From IMG/VR virus record IMGVR_UViG_3300005842_000485, positions 26,566-90,565 of that record: DNA of 64,000 bases; one strand, 5' to 3'. The first letter of the stretch is position 1, and each line of letters begins with the position of its first letter. The notes under the pieces were generated by a model. The model was given only the letters and a program-made list of their open reading frames with translations, made no database searches and was not told where the DNA came from. This document shows, piece by piece, positions 17,437 through 27,274 of the stretch. Origin of the DNA: a virus. A program made the translations under genes and the position numbers.

Positions 17437-19775
17437 AGGAATGTCGCGCGATGAGAGACGACCACGGAGGATGGCGAGACGCCTGCGCCAACCGGGTCGT
17501 TCCCCTCAAGAATGGCGAAGCCGTACTTGCTCGCGGTGGAAGCCCACGCGCCTCCAGCCGGGGCGGTGCAGAGTGAGAGCAACCCCGTGCTCGAGGTGGT
17601 GTCCACGGGGATGTACCAGGACTGCGGCAAGGTGCCTGTCGAAGTGGAGAAGACGAGCGCGTAAGTCGTCGAGGCGCTCACGGGGATGTCGGCCGCCCAC
17701 ACGACTTCGATTGGGATGAGGGAGGCGTTGTACGCAGCGGGGCTCGTGACGACGTACGAGGTGTTGTCGTACTTGCTGATCGTGACCTGCGCGGCGTTGC
17801 CGTTCACGTCGTTCACGGCCGTTCCGGTCGGGAGGCCGGCGCTCGTCGTCTCCAAGCGGATCACGATGTCGCCGTGGTCAGCGGTGCTCGATTGCTGTCC
17901 GATGTAGACCCACGTACCGCGCTGCCGGATGTGGGTGTTCGTGCCGGATGAGAACGTGAGCGCGCGACGAACGCCGTTGGCCCCCCCGGTTCCTCCCCCG
18001 AAGTTGAGGTAGTCACCGAACCGCGAGGAGATGTCGTAGAAGCTCGCGGCGCCGAGCTGCGACGACGGGAAGGCAACTGAGAGTTGATTGAAGCCGGGCA
18101 GGAGCTTCGGGAAGCTGCCGGAGATTTGCACCGTGTTGCTGATGCTGTCCGCGAGCAGCGTCCGCGTGTTCAGGTACACCTGATCCGTGGTGATGTTCGA
18201 GTTTCGATAGGTCAGCGTGTTCGTCTGCCCCGTCGCATAGTCGGTGACTTCGAGGTAGGCGCAGCGGATCGCGGTGTTGTTGGCGTAGATGCCCCACGCG
18301 CCCGCCCCCGTCGTCTTGACGTTGCCGGAGAAGAACCGCACCCAATCGTCGGAGTAGTCGAACTTGTACCAAAGCTCGGCTGTCTGTCCTTTGCACACGA
18401 GCTTCACCCACCACCAGCGATCGAAGTACGCGCCTGTACGACCGGCCGCTTGCAACTGGCCGTCGAAGATGCCGGGGAACGCGCCAAACTCACCGGAGAT
18501 GACGCCAGACTGCCGGAGCGTCGGCGCTTCGGATGGCGCGCGGGCGAAGACGCCGAGGGTTGAGCTGGTCGGCCGGTAGAGGAAGGCGATGATCTCCCCG
18601 TCTTGGACTTGCAGGTTCCGGATGGCCGCCGTAACGGTGCCGGTTGCGGTCGATTCGCGGAGCGTCTTGAGGTACGCCTGGTGCGCCCCGATGGTCCATG
18701 TGCCGGTCAGGGTGTAGACGGCTGCCGCGGCGGTGGCATTTGCGTAGGAGCCGAAGGTGTCGAGGAAGTGATCGGCGACGACCACGCGCGATGGGAGGAT
18801 CGAGCCGATGCCGACGTTCACGCTCACGGGCTGACTGCCTGACCCGTCGAACGCGAGCGGGACGAACCGCTGTGCGTTCGCGTCGGTCGGCGTCGTGCGG
18901 GTGACCGTGATCGCGGACTGTGCGCTCCCCTCCGAGCAGGAGAACGTGACCGAGAACGGCACCCACGTCACGTTGTAGTGCTCGCGCGGGTAACTGATGT
19001 CAGAGGCGAGCGCGACGTCGTACATGCGGCTATCGGTAGTGGTCGAGAGGCGAAGATCATCGAAGGACACGTTGACCGTGACCGCGGCCAGAGACAGCGC
19101 GGTAAGCCGGACGCGGCTGATCGACGCCCACGTTGGCGATCCGGTGGTGGTGAAGGCGCTCCGGAGGATGGAGAACTCGTTCCAGCCGTTCGCGAAGCCG
19201 GAGGAGATGGTCTTCACGTAGTAGTCCGTGCCTACGGTGGTCTCGAAGCGGAGCGAGACCGTGTCGAGCTTCGTCGCGTCGTCGATGTACGCCCACAGCT
19301 TCACCGTGTCCGTATCCGCGAACGCGGAGAGGTCGTAGCTCATGTCGGAGGTTGCGACAGTCGCGACCGCGTTCGTGGAGGTAAGCTTCATCGCGCGACG
19401 ACCGATCTTGTAGTTCGTGAAGTCCCACGAGCTTGCGCCCGTCCACACCTCGCCTTCCTCGAACGTCGAGACGTGACACTCGGTCGTGCCGTAGTTCGTG
19501 ATCTTGAGCTTCCCAGGCCGCGTGAGAAGCGCCTTCAACGTGTCGAGTTTGTCCTCGAAGTCCGCTTGGCTGGATGCGACGATCGCTCCCTGGATCGTGA
19601 TGGACTTCGCGCGCGTCTGAAGCTCGCGGAAGACTCGCCCCGAGCCGCGGGCAACGTCGGTCTCGGTGAGTTGGACGGACGGCGAGCTGTCATGCCGCAC
19701 GATCTCGATGAGGGTTCCCGTCGAGCCGTTGAAGTCGTCGAGCTGCGTCCCGTTGTAGTAGTAGTGCTGGCTCAT
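17433..19775 (-). CDS. Distal tail protein (Dit-like) with inserted beta-sandwich domains
   Basis: Directly after tape measure; KSITIQG...LDTLKALL N-terminus and FPKLLPGFNQL; GWNEFSI lectin-like insert. Confidence 0.7.
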   Translation of the reverse strand: MSQHYYYNGTQLDDFNGSTGTLIEIVRHDSSPSVQLTETDVARGSGRVFRELQTRAKSITIQGAIVASSQADFEDKLDTLKALLTRPGKLKITNYGTTECHVSTFEEGEVWTGASSWDFTNYKIGRRAMKLTSTNAVATVATSDMSYDLSAFADTDTVKLWAYIDDATKLDTVSLRFETTVGTDYYVKTISSGFANGWNEFSILRSAFTTTGSPTWASISRVRLTALSLAAVTVNVSFDDLRLSTTTDSRMYDVALASDISYPREHYNVTWVPFSVTFSCSEGSAQSAITVTRTTPTDANAQRFVPLAFDGSGSQPVSVNVGIGSILPSRVVVADHFLDTFGSYANATAAAAVYTLTGTWTIGAHQAYLKTLRESTATGTVTAAIRNLQVQDGEIIAFLYRPTSSTLGVFARAPSEAPTLRQSGVISGEFGAFPGIFDGQLQAAGRTGAYFDRWWWVKLVCKGQTAELWYKFDYSDDWVRFFSGNVKTTGAGAWGIYANNTAIRCAYLEVTDYATGQTNTLTYRNSNITTDQVYLNTRTLLADSISNTVQISGSFPKLLPGFNQLSVAFPSSQLGAASFYDISSRFGDYLNFGGGTGGANGVRRALTFSSGTNTHIRQRGTWVYIGQQSSTADHGDIVIRLETTSAGLPTGTAVNDVNGNAAQVTISKYDNTSYVVTSPAAYNASLIPIEVVWAADIPVSASTTYALVFSTSTGTLPQSWYIPVDTTSSTGLLSLCTAPAGGAWASTASKYGFAILEGNDPVGAGVSPSSVVVSHRATFL

Positions 19776-19784
19776 AGGAAGGCG

Positions 19785-22709
19785 TTAGGCGGGCATGCCG
19801 GATGCGACGCGGCGGTATTCGTGGTGGAGCTTCTCGGAAATCTTCGTGGCGAGGCGGTCGATGTCCGCATCGTTCCGGACATGCACGTCTCCGTGGACGT
19901 TCACGACCACGCCGCCGCCATTCATTCGGTGGCGCGGGTCGCTGCGGGGGATCACCTCTTCTCCGGGCGTGAGCATCGCGGGAACAGTGTCGCCCCATCC
20001 AGAGCCAGGAACGATGCCGCCGCTCGCGAACCGGGGTACGAGCTGCGCCCGTTCACCAATGTTCTTCTCGGCGACGCGGCGCGCAATGTATCCGGCAAGG
20101 CCACCCGTGAGCACGTTCGTTGCGGTGTCGAGACCGCTGCCGGCGACCGCGCCATCCTGGAGTGCCTTGATGGGATGGAGGAGCGGACTCGTAAGAATGG
20201 CATTCGTAAGCTGTACGACCGCGCCCATGAGTCCCGTCATTGATCCGGCGAGGCTCGTCCCGAGTTCGATCTCAAGGTTCTTTGTCGCGGCGGCAACCTT
20301 CTCCATGGCGCCGTAGACATCATTGTTCACGTCCGCAGCGCCCGTCGCGGCACCGGTCGCGGTCTTCAACGTGTCACGGATGCGTTCAAGGATGCCGAGG
20401 TTCTGGCCCTTGTCGCCGAGGAGCGCGACCATCATTGCGCCGCCGCGCTTTCCGAGGAAGTCGTACGCGGCGCCTGCGCCCATGGCGGAGTTCTTCAGCT
20501 CGTCGATGAGTGCAGCTTCGTCTTTCAGCGGCTTCGTCATGCCGCCGATTTGCTCTTCTGCGCTGGCGATCGCGGGCTTCAGCTGCTCGTTCGCCTTCTT
20601 GAGATCATCGATCTTGCCGGTGTAGGTCTCCAGTGTCTTCTGGTTGCCCTTGATCTGCGCGTCGTAGGTATCGACCTGACCTTGTTCGGCATCGCGGGCG
20701 GTCTTCAGCGCGGCGAGTTTGGACGAGAGGTCGCCGTACTGATGGGCGACCGTGGGTAGCTCGGCCATGATCTTCCCGAAGGGCTGCTCCTCCGCGACGA
20801 GGCCCAACTGCTCCTTCAGTTCCTTGGCCCGCTCCTTGATCTGGAAGACTTGATTCCCGAACTGCACCGCCTTCTCCAACTGGAGCGCTTGCACCTCGTC
20901 CTGGAGCGACTTCAAGGTGTCGTCGCCCTGCTTCTTCGCGCCAAGCTGCCCGGTGACGCCCTGGATACCAGCGAGGATGTTTTGCGCAGTATCCGGGCCG
21001 AGCTTCCTTCCTGCGGCGATGTCCGCGGCGTTTGCTGCCTTCTGAATCGCGCGCTTCGCAGGATCGAATTGCAGAGAGTCGCGGAGATCGACTTGCTCTT
21101 TCTCGCGCGTCAGCCTGGCGATCTCCTTGTCCAGTTGATTCCCGCCGAAGAGATCAGCTGGCGAGAGGTTGACCTTGCGGAGTTGCAGTTCCTTGATCTG
21201 CTGCCCGATCTTGAAGGAGGTGTCGCTGAACGCCTCCTCGCCCTTCAACTCCTCGTTGCGAAGGTCGGCGAGTTCCTTCTCCAGGTCTTTCACGTGGCCC
21301 CGCGCCTTGGCTGCAGCATCGCCCATCTCCCCGTACTGCCGGACGAGGCGTTCGCTCGCTGATTCGTGGTTGCCCATCTCGTCGGTCGTGCCGGCGAGCG
21401 CGGTCTTGAAGTCCTCGGTTTGCTGCGTCAGCCGGAGGTTCGCGAGTTCCTGCTTCTGCGCGGCAAGCTGCGCCTTCTCAATCTGGCTATCAAATGCCGA
21501 CATGCCCGTGATCTGCGGGTCGCTGAGCTGCTCGAGTTGCGTCTTGGTCTTCGCAAGCTCGTCCGTTGTCGCCGTGATCGCCTGCTTCGTCGCATCGAGC
21601 TTCTCTTTCCAGCCGTCTTGCTCGTCGCTCAAGGCGGAGATGCGCGACTTGAGCGTATCGGCAAGTTCGCTGTAGGACGCGATGGCGACGTTGTTCTTGT
21701 CCTCGGCGTCTTGGAGCGCGAGAAGCTTGGTACGTGCGTCATCGAAGGCGGAGGCTTGCTGCTTTTGCTGCTCGAAGAGTCCCGCACGTGTCGGGCCGAC
21801 ACCACCTGCGGCGGTGAAGGCATGTTCGCGATCGATGTCGCCTTGGAAGGAGGCGGGCGTGCGGTAGAAGTCCACCCCGGCGTCCCGCATCCCTTGGAGC
21901 TGCTTCGCGCTCGGCGCCTCGCCTGCGGAGAAGAAGAGCTTTTGGAACTGGGCCGCCTGTGCATCGGAGAATCCGAGCTGCTTCAGGCGCGTGGTGACCG
22001 CAAGGTATGACTCCAGCGAGACGCCCGCCGTTGCCGCAGCTGCACCGGCGGCGGTGATCTGCTGTTGGAAGCCCTCGGCGGTGGTGCCGGCGAGCTTGAA
22101 CGCCTCGTACATGAGGTTCGCCACATGGCCGGTGTCCTCAAGGTTCAGGTTGAACTGGCGCAGCGTCACGGCGGTGGCGTCGGCCACGTCGCCGAGGTCT
22201 TGCATCGTGGCGGTCGCAGCATCCAAGACGGGCTGCAACTGCTCCTTCGTCATGGAGAACACGTCGAAGCCCGCATCGCGGAACTTCGTCAGGCCGCCGA
22301 GAACTTTGTCTTCCGAGAAGATCGTGCCCTGCGAGAGGCCGAGGACGAGTTGATGGATGCCTTCGGATGCCTGCTGGAAGGCGGCTCCGGTCTTCCCAGA
22401 GGAGACCGCGAGCTTGTCGAGCATCTGATCGAAGCCCGAGGCGGCCTTGAATGCATCGGTGATGAGACGGACGGCCGCGTAGACCGACAAGAACTGCGCC
22501 GCGACGGTGCGGAGTTGTCCACCGAGGTTGCCGAGCGCCGCGCCGTGATCGGTAGTCGCCTTCGACCAGTCTCGGAAGGCGGCGGCTGACTCTTTCGTGT
22601 TGACGTTCAGCGCGTCGATGTCGGTGCCGAGCGCTTTGACGTTGCCGGCACCCGCGACATTGGCCGAAATGTTGATCGACGCGGAGATCGCGTCGTTGAA
22701 GTCCGGCAC
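19785..22709 (-). CDS. Tail tape measure protein
   Basis: 974 aa Ala-rich helical/coiled-coil protein; C-terminal FASGGIVPG...DTVPAMLTPGE. Confidence 0.92.
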   Translation of the reverse strand: MPDFNDAISASINISANVAGAGNVKALGTDIDALNVNTKESAAAFRDWSKATTDHGAALGNLGGQLRTVAAQFLSVYAAVRLITDAFKAASGFDQMLDKLAVSSGKTGAAFQQASEGIHQLVLGLSQGTIFSEDKVLGGLTKFRDAGFDVFSMTKEQLQPVLDAATATMQDLGDVADATAVTLRQFNLNLEDTGHVANLMYEAFKLAGTTAEGFQQQITAAGAAAATAGVSLESYLAVTTRLKQLGFSDAQAAQFQKLFFSAGEAPSAKQLQGMRDAGVDFYRTPASFQGDIDREHAFTAAGGVGPTRAGLFEQQKQQASAFDDARTKLLALQDAEDKNNVAIASYSELADTLKSRISALSDEQDGWKEKLDATKQAITATTDELAKTKTQLEQLSDPQITGMSAFDSQIEKAQLAAQKQELANLRLTQQTEDFKTALAGTTDEMGNHESASERLVRQYGEMGDAAAKARGHVKDLEKELADLRNEELKGEEAFSDTSFKIGQQIKELQLRKVNLSPADLFGGNQLDKEIARLTREKEQVDLRDSLQFDPAKRAIQKAANAADIAAGRKLGPDTAQNILAGIQGVTGQLGAKKQGDDTLKSLQDEVQALQLEKAVQFGNQVFQIKERAKELKEQLGLVAEEQPFGKIMAELPTVAHQYGDLSSKLAALKTARDAEQGQVDTYDAQIKGNQKTLETYTGKIDDLKKANEQLKPAIASAEEQIGGMTKPLKDEAALIDELKNSAMGAGAAYDFLGKRGGAMMVALLGDKGQNLGILERIRDTLKTATGAATGAADVNNDVYGAMEKVAAATKNLEIELGTSLAGSMTGLMGAVVQLTNAILTSPLLHPIKALQDGAVAGSGLDTATNVLTGGLAGYIARRVAEKNIGERAQLVPRFASGGIVPGSGWGDTVPAMLTPGEEVIPRSDPRHRMNGGGVVVNVHGDVHVRNDADIDRLATKISEKLHHEYRRVASGMPA

Positions 22710-23225
22710 TTAGAGGGTCGGGAGGAAATAGCTCTTGGCGTGAAGCGCTTGCTGAACGCCGATGCGAAGGGCCTCGAGGACGCGTTCTTCACCGAGCTTC
22801 AGGACGGGAGCGACCGACTGCTCAAACCAGTGCTTCGCTTGGATGCGCGTCGTGCCGCGTTCCGTGAACCATCCGTAGTTCACTTTGGCGCGACGTACCT
22901 TGCGGCGGCTGAACAGTTGCTCTGCTTCAAAGGCGACCTGCGCGCGCGCATTGCGGGGGTCGGCGGAGAACCGCGCGGAGAGGCCATCCGCGTTCGTGCT
23001 CGGGTCAACGCCGATGGATGATCGCAGTTGCCCGGTCGCGACGGGCGCTGCATGCCTGGCAGCGAGCACCGCGTCATCCGCTGCGTCATAGAGGGCGCGA
23101 CGGACATTGAGACCGATGAAGGTAGAGGAGCCGAAGTCGAGCAGTTCACCGCCAAGAGCTTCCAACCCGGCCGCTGCTTCGGCGACCCCCTGGACGTTCA
23201 CCGAGATGTAGTCGGTCGAGGGCAC
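22710..23225 (-). CDS. HK97 gp10-like tail completion protein
   Basis: APVATGQLRSSI, YGWFTERGTTRIQAKHWF; likely GTG start at 23225. Confidence 0.75.
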   Translation of the reverse strand: MPSTDYISVNVQGVAEAAAGLEALGGELLDFGSSTFIGLNVRRALYDAADDAVLAARHAAPVATGQLRSSIGVDPSTNADGLSARFSADPRNARAQVAFEAEQLFSRRKVRRAKVNYGWFTERGTTRIQAKHWFEQSVAPVLKLGEERVLEALRIGVQQALHAKSYFLPTL

Positions 23226-23235
23226 AAGGGAGGGA

Positions 23236-23478
23236 TTAGCGCTTCGCTCGGCGGGACTTCCGTTCGAGCGCTTCGAGCTCGGCTTCGGGGGATCGCGCTC
23301 TAGCCTTAGCTTGCGGCGTGTTCTCCGCCTCGGCAATCAGGATGCGACGGAACATCTGCACCTTCTCGGCCGGGAGCTGGTAGATGCCCACGCCGAACTC
23401 GCGCACCATGCGGAGTTCGTCGATGGCCGGATGGCCGTGGCCGCGCCTTACCGCTTCTTCGAGGTCTCTCCTTTTGGG
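23236..23478 (-). CDS. -1 frameshift extension of the tail assembly chaperone (gpT-like)
   Basis: Slippery C-CCA-AAA at 23472-23478; -1 frame open to TAA at 23236-23238 (PKRRDLEEAVRRGHGHPAIDELRMVREFG...). Confidence 0.8.
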   Translation of the reverse strand, partial: PKRRDLEEAVRRGHGHPAIDELRMVREFGVGIYQLPAEKVQMFRRILIAEAENTPQAKARARSPEAELEALERKSRRAKR

Positions 23479-23783
23479 CTTTCTGGATCGTTCGCGGCAT
23501 TCGCGGCGCTGTAGAGCGCGGCAACGGCTTCCTCAAGCCGCTTTCCGTCCTTCGGCGAGAGCTGTTTGATCGCGTCGAGGCTGATGCCCTTGGGGATCAC
23601 GGAAAGCATGGCGTTCCTGCGCGCGGTGATGTAGCTGCCGTCGATCTTCCGCTCACTCGTCTCGGGGTCGAACTGGATCGCGGCGTTGCCGGCATCCTCA
23701 ATCGCGAGCATGTCGCCGTAGGAGAGCGCGAGGGCAACATCCGTGTTGGCATCGTCGAGGTGGACGGTCGTAGGAGAGTCCAT
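23448..23783 (-). CDS. Tail assembly chaperone (gpG-like)
   Basis: Between tail tube and tape measure; slippery site near 3' end. Confidence 0.8.
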   Translation of the reverse strand: MDSPTTVHLDDANTDVALALSYGDMLAIEDAGNAAIQFDPETSERKIDGSYITARRNAMLSVIPKGISLDAIKQLSPKDGKRLEEAVAALYSAANAANDPESPKGETSKKR

Positions 23784-23853
23784 GCGGAGGAAGGGTTGGT
23801 GGTAGACCGAGGCCGGGCGCGGGGCGGCGCATCCGCCCCTGCACCCTCTCTTC

Positions 23854-25074
23854 TTAGTACGCCGAGGTGCCGTTTACAAGTACCACCTGGACATCGTAGC
23901 CGTCGCTTGTGGAGGTCGCGCAGACGGCGGTGATGGCCTCCTCGATGATGCCGTCGCTCCCAAGGTTCACATCGTAGGGATTGATCCGAGCCGCTGCGAT
24001 CTTGTGCGTCACGGAGTCTTTTGTCGTTGCCGCGCCGGAGATCAGGTTGCCGCTGGTGGTGACGACGAAGGCGATGTCTTGCCGATCCCGCAGGTACGAC
24101 AGGTACGTGAGGTCTTGGTGGTAGAACTTGGTGGTCATCGTGGCTCCGTAGCCCTTCACGAGGATCGTGGCCGGGAAGCGGGAGAAGTCACCGGTGCCAT
24201 TCGGGGCGTAGCGCGCCTCCAAGTCCTGATTGAAGTCGATGGTGAAGTCCTCCAGCCGCTGTACCGCGCTGGCACCGGAGACCGTCGTGCCGATGGAAGT
24301 CGTCGTGCCGCCCATCCATTGCATGTACGGCGATGCCGAGGAGTACGACGGGGTGCTCTTCTTGATGACGACAAGATCACCTGCCGTATGCGTCACTCCG
24401 GTAATCGCGCTGCCGAGCGTGAGCGTTGTGCCGTTCGTATTCACGGCCGCAATCGTGTATTCGGCCTGGTTCGTTGAGTCCTTGAACGAGACGTAGATCG
24501 TATCCGAGGTGGTGAGGCCGTGGTTCGAGTCGAGGACGAGCGTGGTGCCGGAGCTTGCGGTGGTCGCGACCTTCGCTTTCGTGAAGCTATAGCGCGCCAT
24601 CACGCTGAAGTCGGTCATCCAGACGTTGCCCTTGATATAGGGCTTGTAGTTGCCGAACTGACAGCCGACGTAGCGCTTCACGTACGTCGAATCGGTGTTC
24701 CCGATGTCGAGCGTGTAGGTCGGAATGCTGCCGGACGCCGTGGATGCGAACGTATGCGTGTAGGCGGCGGTGTCGGTGGGGCCGCTCGTCGAAGGGGAAC
24801 CGAAGCAACCAGAGAGGAAATGGCCGAGGATCGCCGGCTGCATCTGCATCGAAAGTTGGCCGGCGGGCGCGGCGTTCTTGCCCGGCACCATGAAGTAGTT
24901 CTTGGAGCGGGTATTGGCTGCCGGGCCGAGGACATCGGACTCGTAGCCGGTCACGATGCTTTCAGCATCGAAGTAGCCGTAGTTCGTCGGCTTCACAGCC
25001 GTCCCTGCGGTCGTTTCCTTCACGACCGCGAGGTAGCCGCGCTTGCCGTAGGCGTAGAAAGGGGTGGTCGCCAC
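23854..25074 (-). CDS. Tail tube (major tail) protein with an internal beta-rich insert
   Basis: LAVVKETTAGTAV.P, YTHTF, PTYTLDIG...YVGCQ motifs; position in the module. Confidence 0.85.
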   Translation of the reverse strand: MATTPFYAYGKRGYLAVVKETTAGTAVKPTNYGYFDAESIVTGYESDVLGPAANTRSKNYFMVPGKNAAPAGQLSMQMQPAILGHFLSGCFGSPSTSGPTDTAAYTHTFASTASGSIPTYTLDIGNTDSTYVKRYVGCQFGNYKPYIKGNVWMTDFSVMARYSFTKAKVATTASSGTTLVLDSNHGLTTSDTIYVSFKDSTNQAEYTIAAVNTNGTTLTLGSAITGVTHTAGDLVVIKKSTPSYSSASPYMQWMGGTTTSIGTTVSGASAVQRLEDFTIDFNQDLEARYAPNGTGDFSRFPATILVKGYGATMTTKFYHQDLTYLSYLRDRQDIAFVVTTSGNLISGAATTKDSVTHKIAAARINPYDVNLGSDGIIEEAITAVCATSTSDGYDVQVVLVNGTSAY

Positions 25075-25076
25075 GG

Positions 25077-25283
25077 TCAGTCGTCGTTAGAGGGCTTGGG
25101 GCGCGAAGGCTTGGCGGGTGCGTCCTCGGTCTTCGCTGCCGGGGCGTCGTTGCGGACGAAGTTCACGCCGTCGCAGAGATCGGCGGCCATCGCTTCGGAG
25201 ACCTCGCGGGATTCGCCAGGCCCGACGAGGCCGAGACCTTCGACGATGCGCCCGTCCGGGTTGGGATTCTTGATGAGGGGCAT
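25077..25283 (-). CDS. Small phage structural-module protein
   Basis: 68 aa ORF between tail terminator and tube genes. Confidence 0.65.
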   Translation of the reverse strand: MPLIKNPNPDGRIVEGLGLVGPGESREVSEAMAADLCDGVNFVRNDAPAAKTEDAPAKPSRPKPSNDD

Positions 25284-25303
25284 GGAACGGTGCGGGGAGG
25301 GGC

Positions 25304-25768
25304 TTAGGTGCGCTGGACGAGGTACTCGCCCTGACAGTCGATGATCGCGATGCGGAGCGGCGGGCTGCTCTTCGTGTCGTACGTGAGCATGTAGGAGAGG
25401 ATGCGGTTTACCACGCAGCCGCTCGACTGCTGGCCTAGACTGATGTTCGCGTCCTTCCGCAGCGCGGTCAACGCGGTGTCCACCATCGTCACGAAGGCCG
25501 TCTCATTGGCCTCGGTATCCGAGAACTTGTCGAAGATAGTGACGCGCGACGTGACGAGCTGCCGGTTAAGGCCACCGGCGCCAACCACGGTCATCTGGTC
25601 GGTGGAGCGGTTGGTGGCCGGTTCGACCGTCCAGAAGGGCCACTTCAAGGCGAGGTTTCCGAAGTCGCGGTAGCCCCACTTGTAGCCCTGGGCGAAGGTG
25701 CCAGCCGTCGCCCCGGTGATCGAGTTCATGACGGTGTACAAGCCGTCTCTATGGAGCGACAGCGACAT
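25304..25768 (-). CDS. Putative tail terminator / head-tail protein
   Basis: Size and position. Confidence 0.6.
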   Translation of the reverse strand: MSLSLHRDGLYTVMNSITGATAGTFAQGYKWGYRDFGNLALKWPFWTVEPATNRSTDQMTVVGAGGLNRQLVTSRVTIFDKFSDTEANETAFVTMVDTALTALRKDANISLGQQSSGCVVNRILSYMLTYDTKSSPPLRIAIIDCQGEYLVQRT

Positions 25769-26154
25769 CAGGATGTGGTGTTGAGGTCAGCGACGGCGTG
25801 CTGGAGGAGGAGTTCGAGGTGCGTCGGCATATCGACGACATCGACGACGGAGTACGTCACGCCAGCAGCAGTAACGAGGTCGCTCACCTGAATCTGCGTG
25901 GGGACGGTGAGGTGGTTCAGGATGCCGTGGTAGAAGTCCCGGAGCGGCGCGCCTTCGACGCTGGTATCGGCCATCCGCGCCTGCGTAATGAACATGGGGA
26001 TCCCCGTAAGATGCGCCGCGGCTGGAGCCATTTGGCCGGTGGTGTTATTCCGGATGAGCCGTTGGATCGAAGCGGTGGTGCCGAAATCGGCGATCGCATC
26101 GAGATTCACGGCCTGCATCCAGGCTTTGTCCGCGCTCGTGAGCATGCCCGCCAT
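25768..26154 (-). CDS. Putative head closure / head-tail joining protein
   Basis: Size and position; IQVSDLVTAAGVTYSVVDV. Confidence 0.6.
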   Translation of the reverse strand: MAGMLTSADKAWMQAVNLDAIADFGTTASIQRLIRNNTTGQMAPAAAHLTGIPMFITQARMADTSVEGAPLRDFYHGILNHLTVPTQIQVSDLVTAAGVTYSVVDVVDMPTHLELLLQHAVADLNTTS

Positions 26155-26816
26155 CAGCCGCGCTGGAAGCTGAACGTACCGAAGGAGGATGCGTTGGTCG
26201 CAATCTCTTTGAGGCTCTCTTCGAAGCACTCCATCCGCTCTTCGGCAAGGGAAAGCCATCGCTTCGACTCACCACTCTTCGTGATGCTGACGGAGCCGCC
26301 GCCGAGCGAGTAGTCGAAGTAGGAGGCGGCGACGGTGGCGCGCTGCTCAAAGGAGCGCGCGGAGGAGTAGTCGAGGGCAATCTTGATCCATTCAGCAGGG
26401 AGGAGGGGGATCGTCCACGTTCCGCCGTAGCGGATCGTCCATGTTCCGCTTGCGGTCGGCGCGCTAACGAGGGTGATCGTGCGGCCAAAGATGGTGAAGT
26501 GCGTATCGAGGTACAGGAACCCGCCAGCGGCGTCCTCGATGCGGTAGACGGGCGCGTTATAGAAGGGGGAGTAGTCAACAACCGTGCTCGGCTCCACGAT
26601 GCTCGAGGTCGAAGTGATCCAGTCGGCGGGAACGGGATACGTACGCGTTCCGCTCGTCACGGAGAGGCTGGCCGATGTCGGCATCGGCGACGCACGGGAT
26701 ATGGATGCGAGCGCATCGTCCCGCCACGCGTTGTAGACAGCATCTGCGAAGACCGCGGGCGATCCAGCGTCGTTAGCGTCGATCCGCTGTCGGGCGAGGA
26801 AGTCGATGGTCGTCAC
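26154..26816 (-). CDS. Putative head-tail adaptor
   Basis: Position; SVTSGTRTYPVPADW, FDYSLGG...SITKS. Confidence 0.65.
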   Translation of the reverse strand: MTTIDFLARQRIDANDAGSPAVFADAVYNAWRDDALASISRASPMPTSASLSVTSGTRTYPVPADWITSTSSIVEPSTVVDYSPFYNAPVYRIEDAAGGFLYLDTHFTIFGRTITLVSAPTASGTWTIRYGGTWTIPLLPAEWIKIALDYSSARSFEQRATVAASYFDYSLGGGSVSITKSGESKRWLSLAEERMECFEESLKEIATNASSFGTFSFQRG

Positions 26817-27154
26817 GCAGCGTTCGCGAGGTAGTCAACACCTTCACCGTCTGCGCCTGCCTTGACAGAGATTTTCACGAGGTCATCGATGTCGAGCGAC
26901 ACCGCGTCCTTGGTGTAGAGCGGGAAGTATTCACTCCCCACAGGGCCGATCAAGACAGCGAGCGTGTTGCCGCTTTTGGCGCGGATGATGACGTTGCGGG
27001 CCTTCGTGCTTGTGGCGACGAGCGTTTCAGGTGTTGCGGCTGCGGCAACCGTCTTTGAACCCGCACGCAAGGTCGAGGTGAAGGAGCCGTCGTACTGGCG
27101 GCCGAGGACTTCTTGTTCCGTGGTGTCGTTCGGGTTCGTAAGGCTGTTCGCCAT
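26813..27154 (-). CDS. Small beta-rich virion accessory protein
   Basis: VIIRAKSGNTLAVLIG...GEGVDY; has its own promoter. Confidence 0.65.
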   Translation of the reverse strand: MANSLTNPNDTTEQEVLGRQYDGSFTSTLRAGSKTVAAAATPETLVATSTKARNVIIRAKSGNTLAVLIGPVGSEYFPLYTKDAVSLDIDDLVKISVKAGADGEGVDYLANAA

Positions 27155-27181
27155 GCTGGGCTGGTGGGAGGATTCGTCTCG

Positions 27182-27211
27182 ACGCTACGGCGCGGAGCGG
27201 AACGCGGTCAA
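27182..27211 (-). promoter_or_regulatory. Late-type promoter
   Basis: TTGACC-N18-TAGCGT. Confidence 0.65.
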
Positions 27212-27212
27212 T

Positions 27213-27246
27213 CGAAGAGGACGCCGTTCCAACGGCGTCCTCTTCG
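27213..27246. terminator. Perfect inverted repeat / terminator-like hairpin
   Basis: CGAAGAGGACGCCGTT-CC-AACGGCGTCCTCTTCG after the 27275 gene; weak U tract. Confidence 0.6.
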
Positions 27247-27274
27247 CGTCGAGGTCGAGGTGAGTTTTTTGAAA

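Noticed and set aside
18978-20243. Long antisense ORFs (also 1002-2363, 11022-11984, 35043-35957, 58337-59326)
   Set aside because: Shadow frames of well-supported genes in high-GC DNA, with no motifs.
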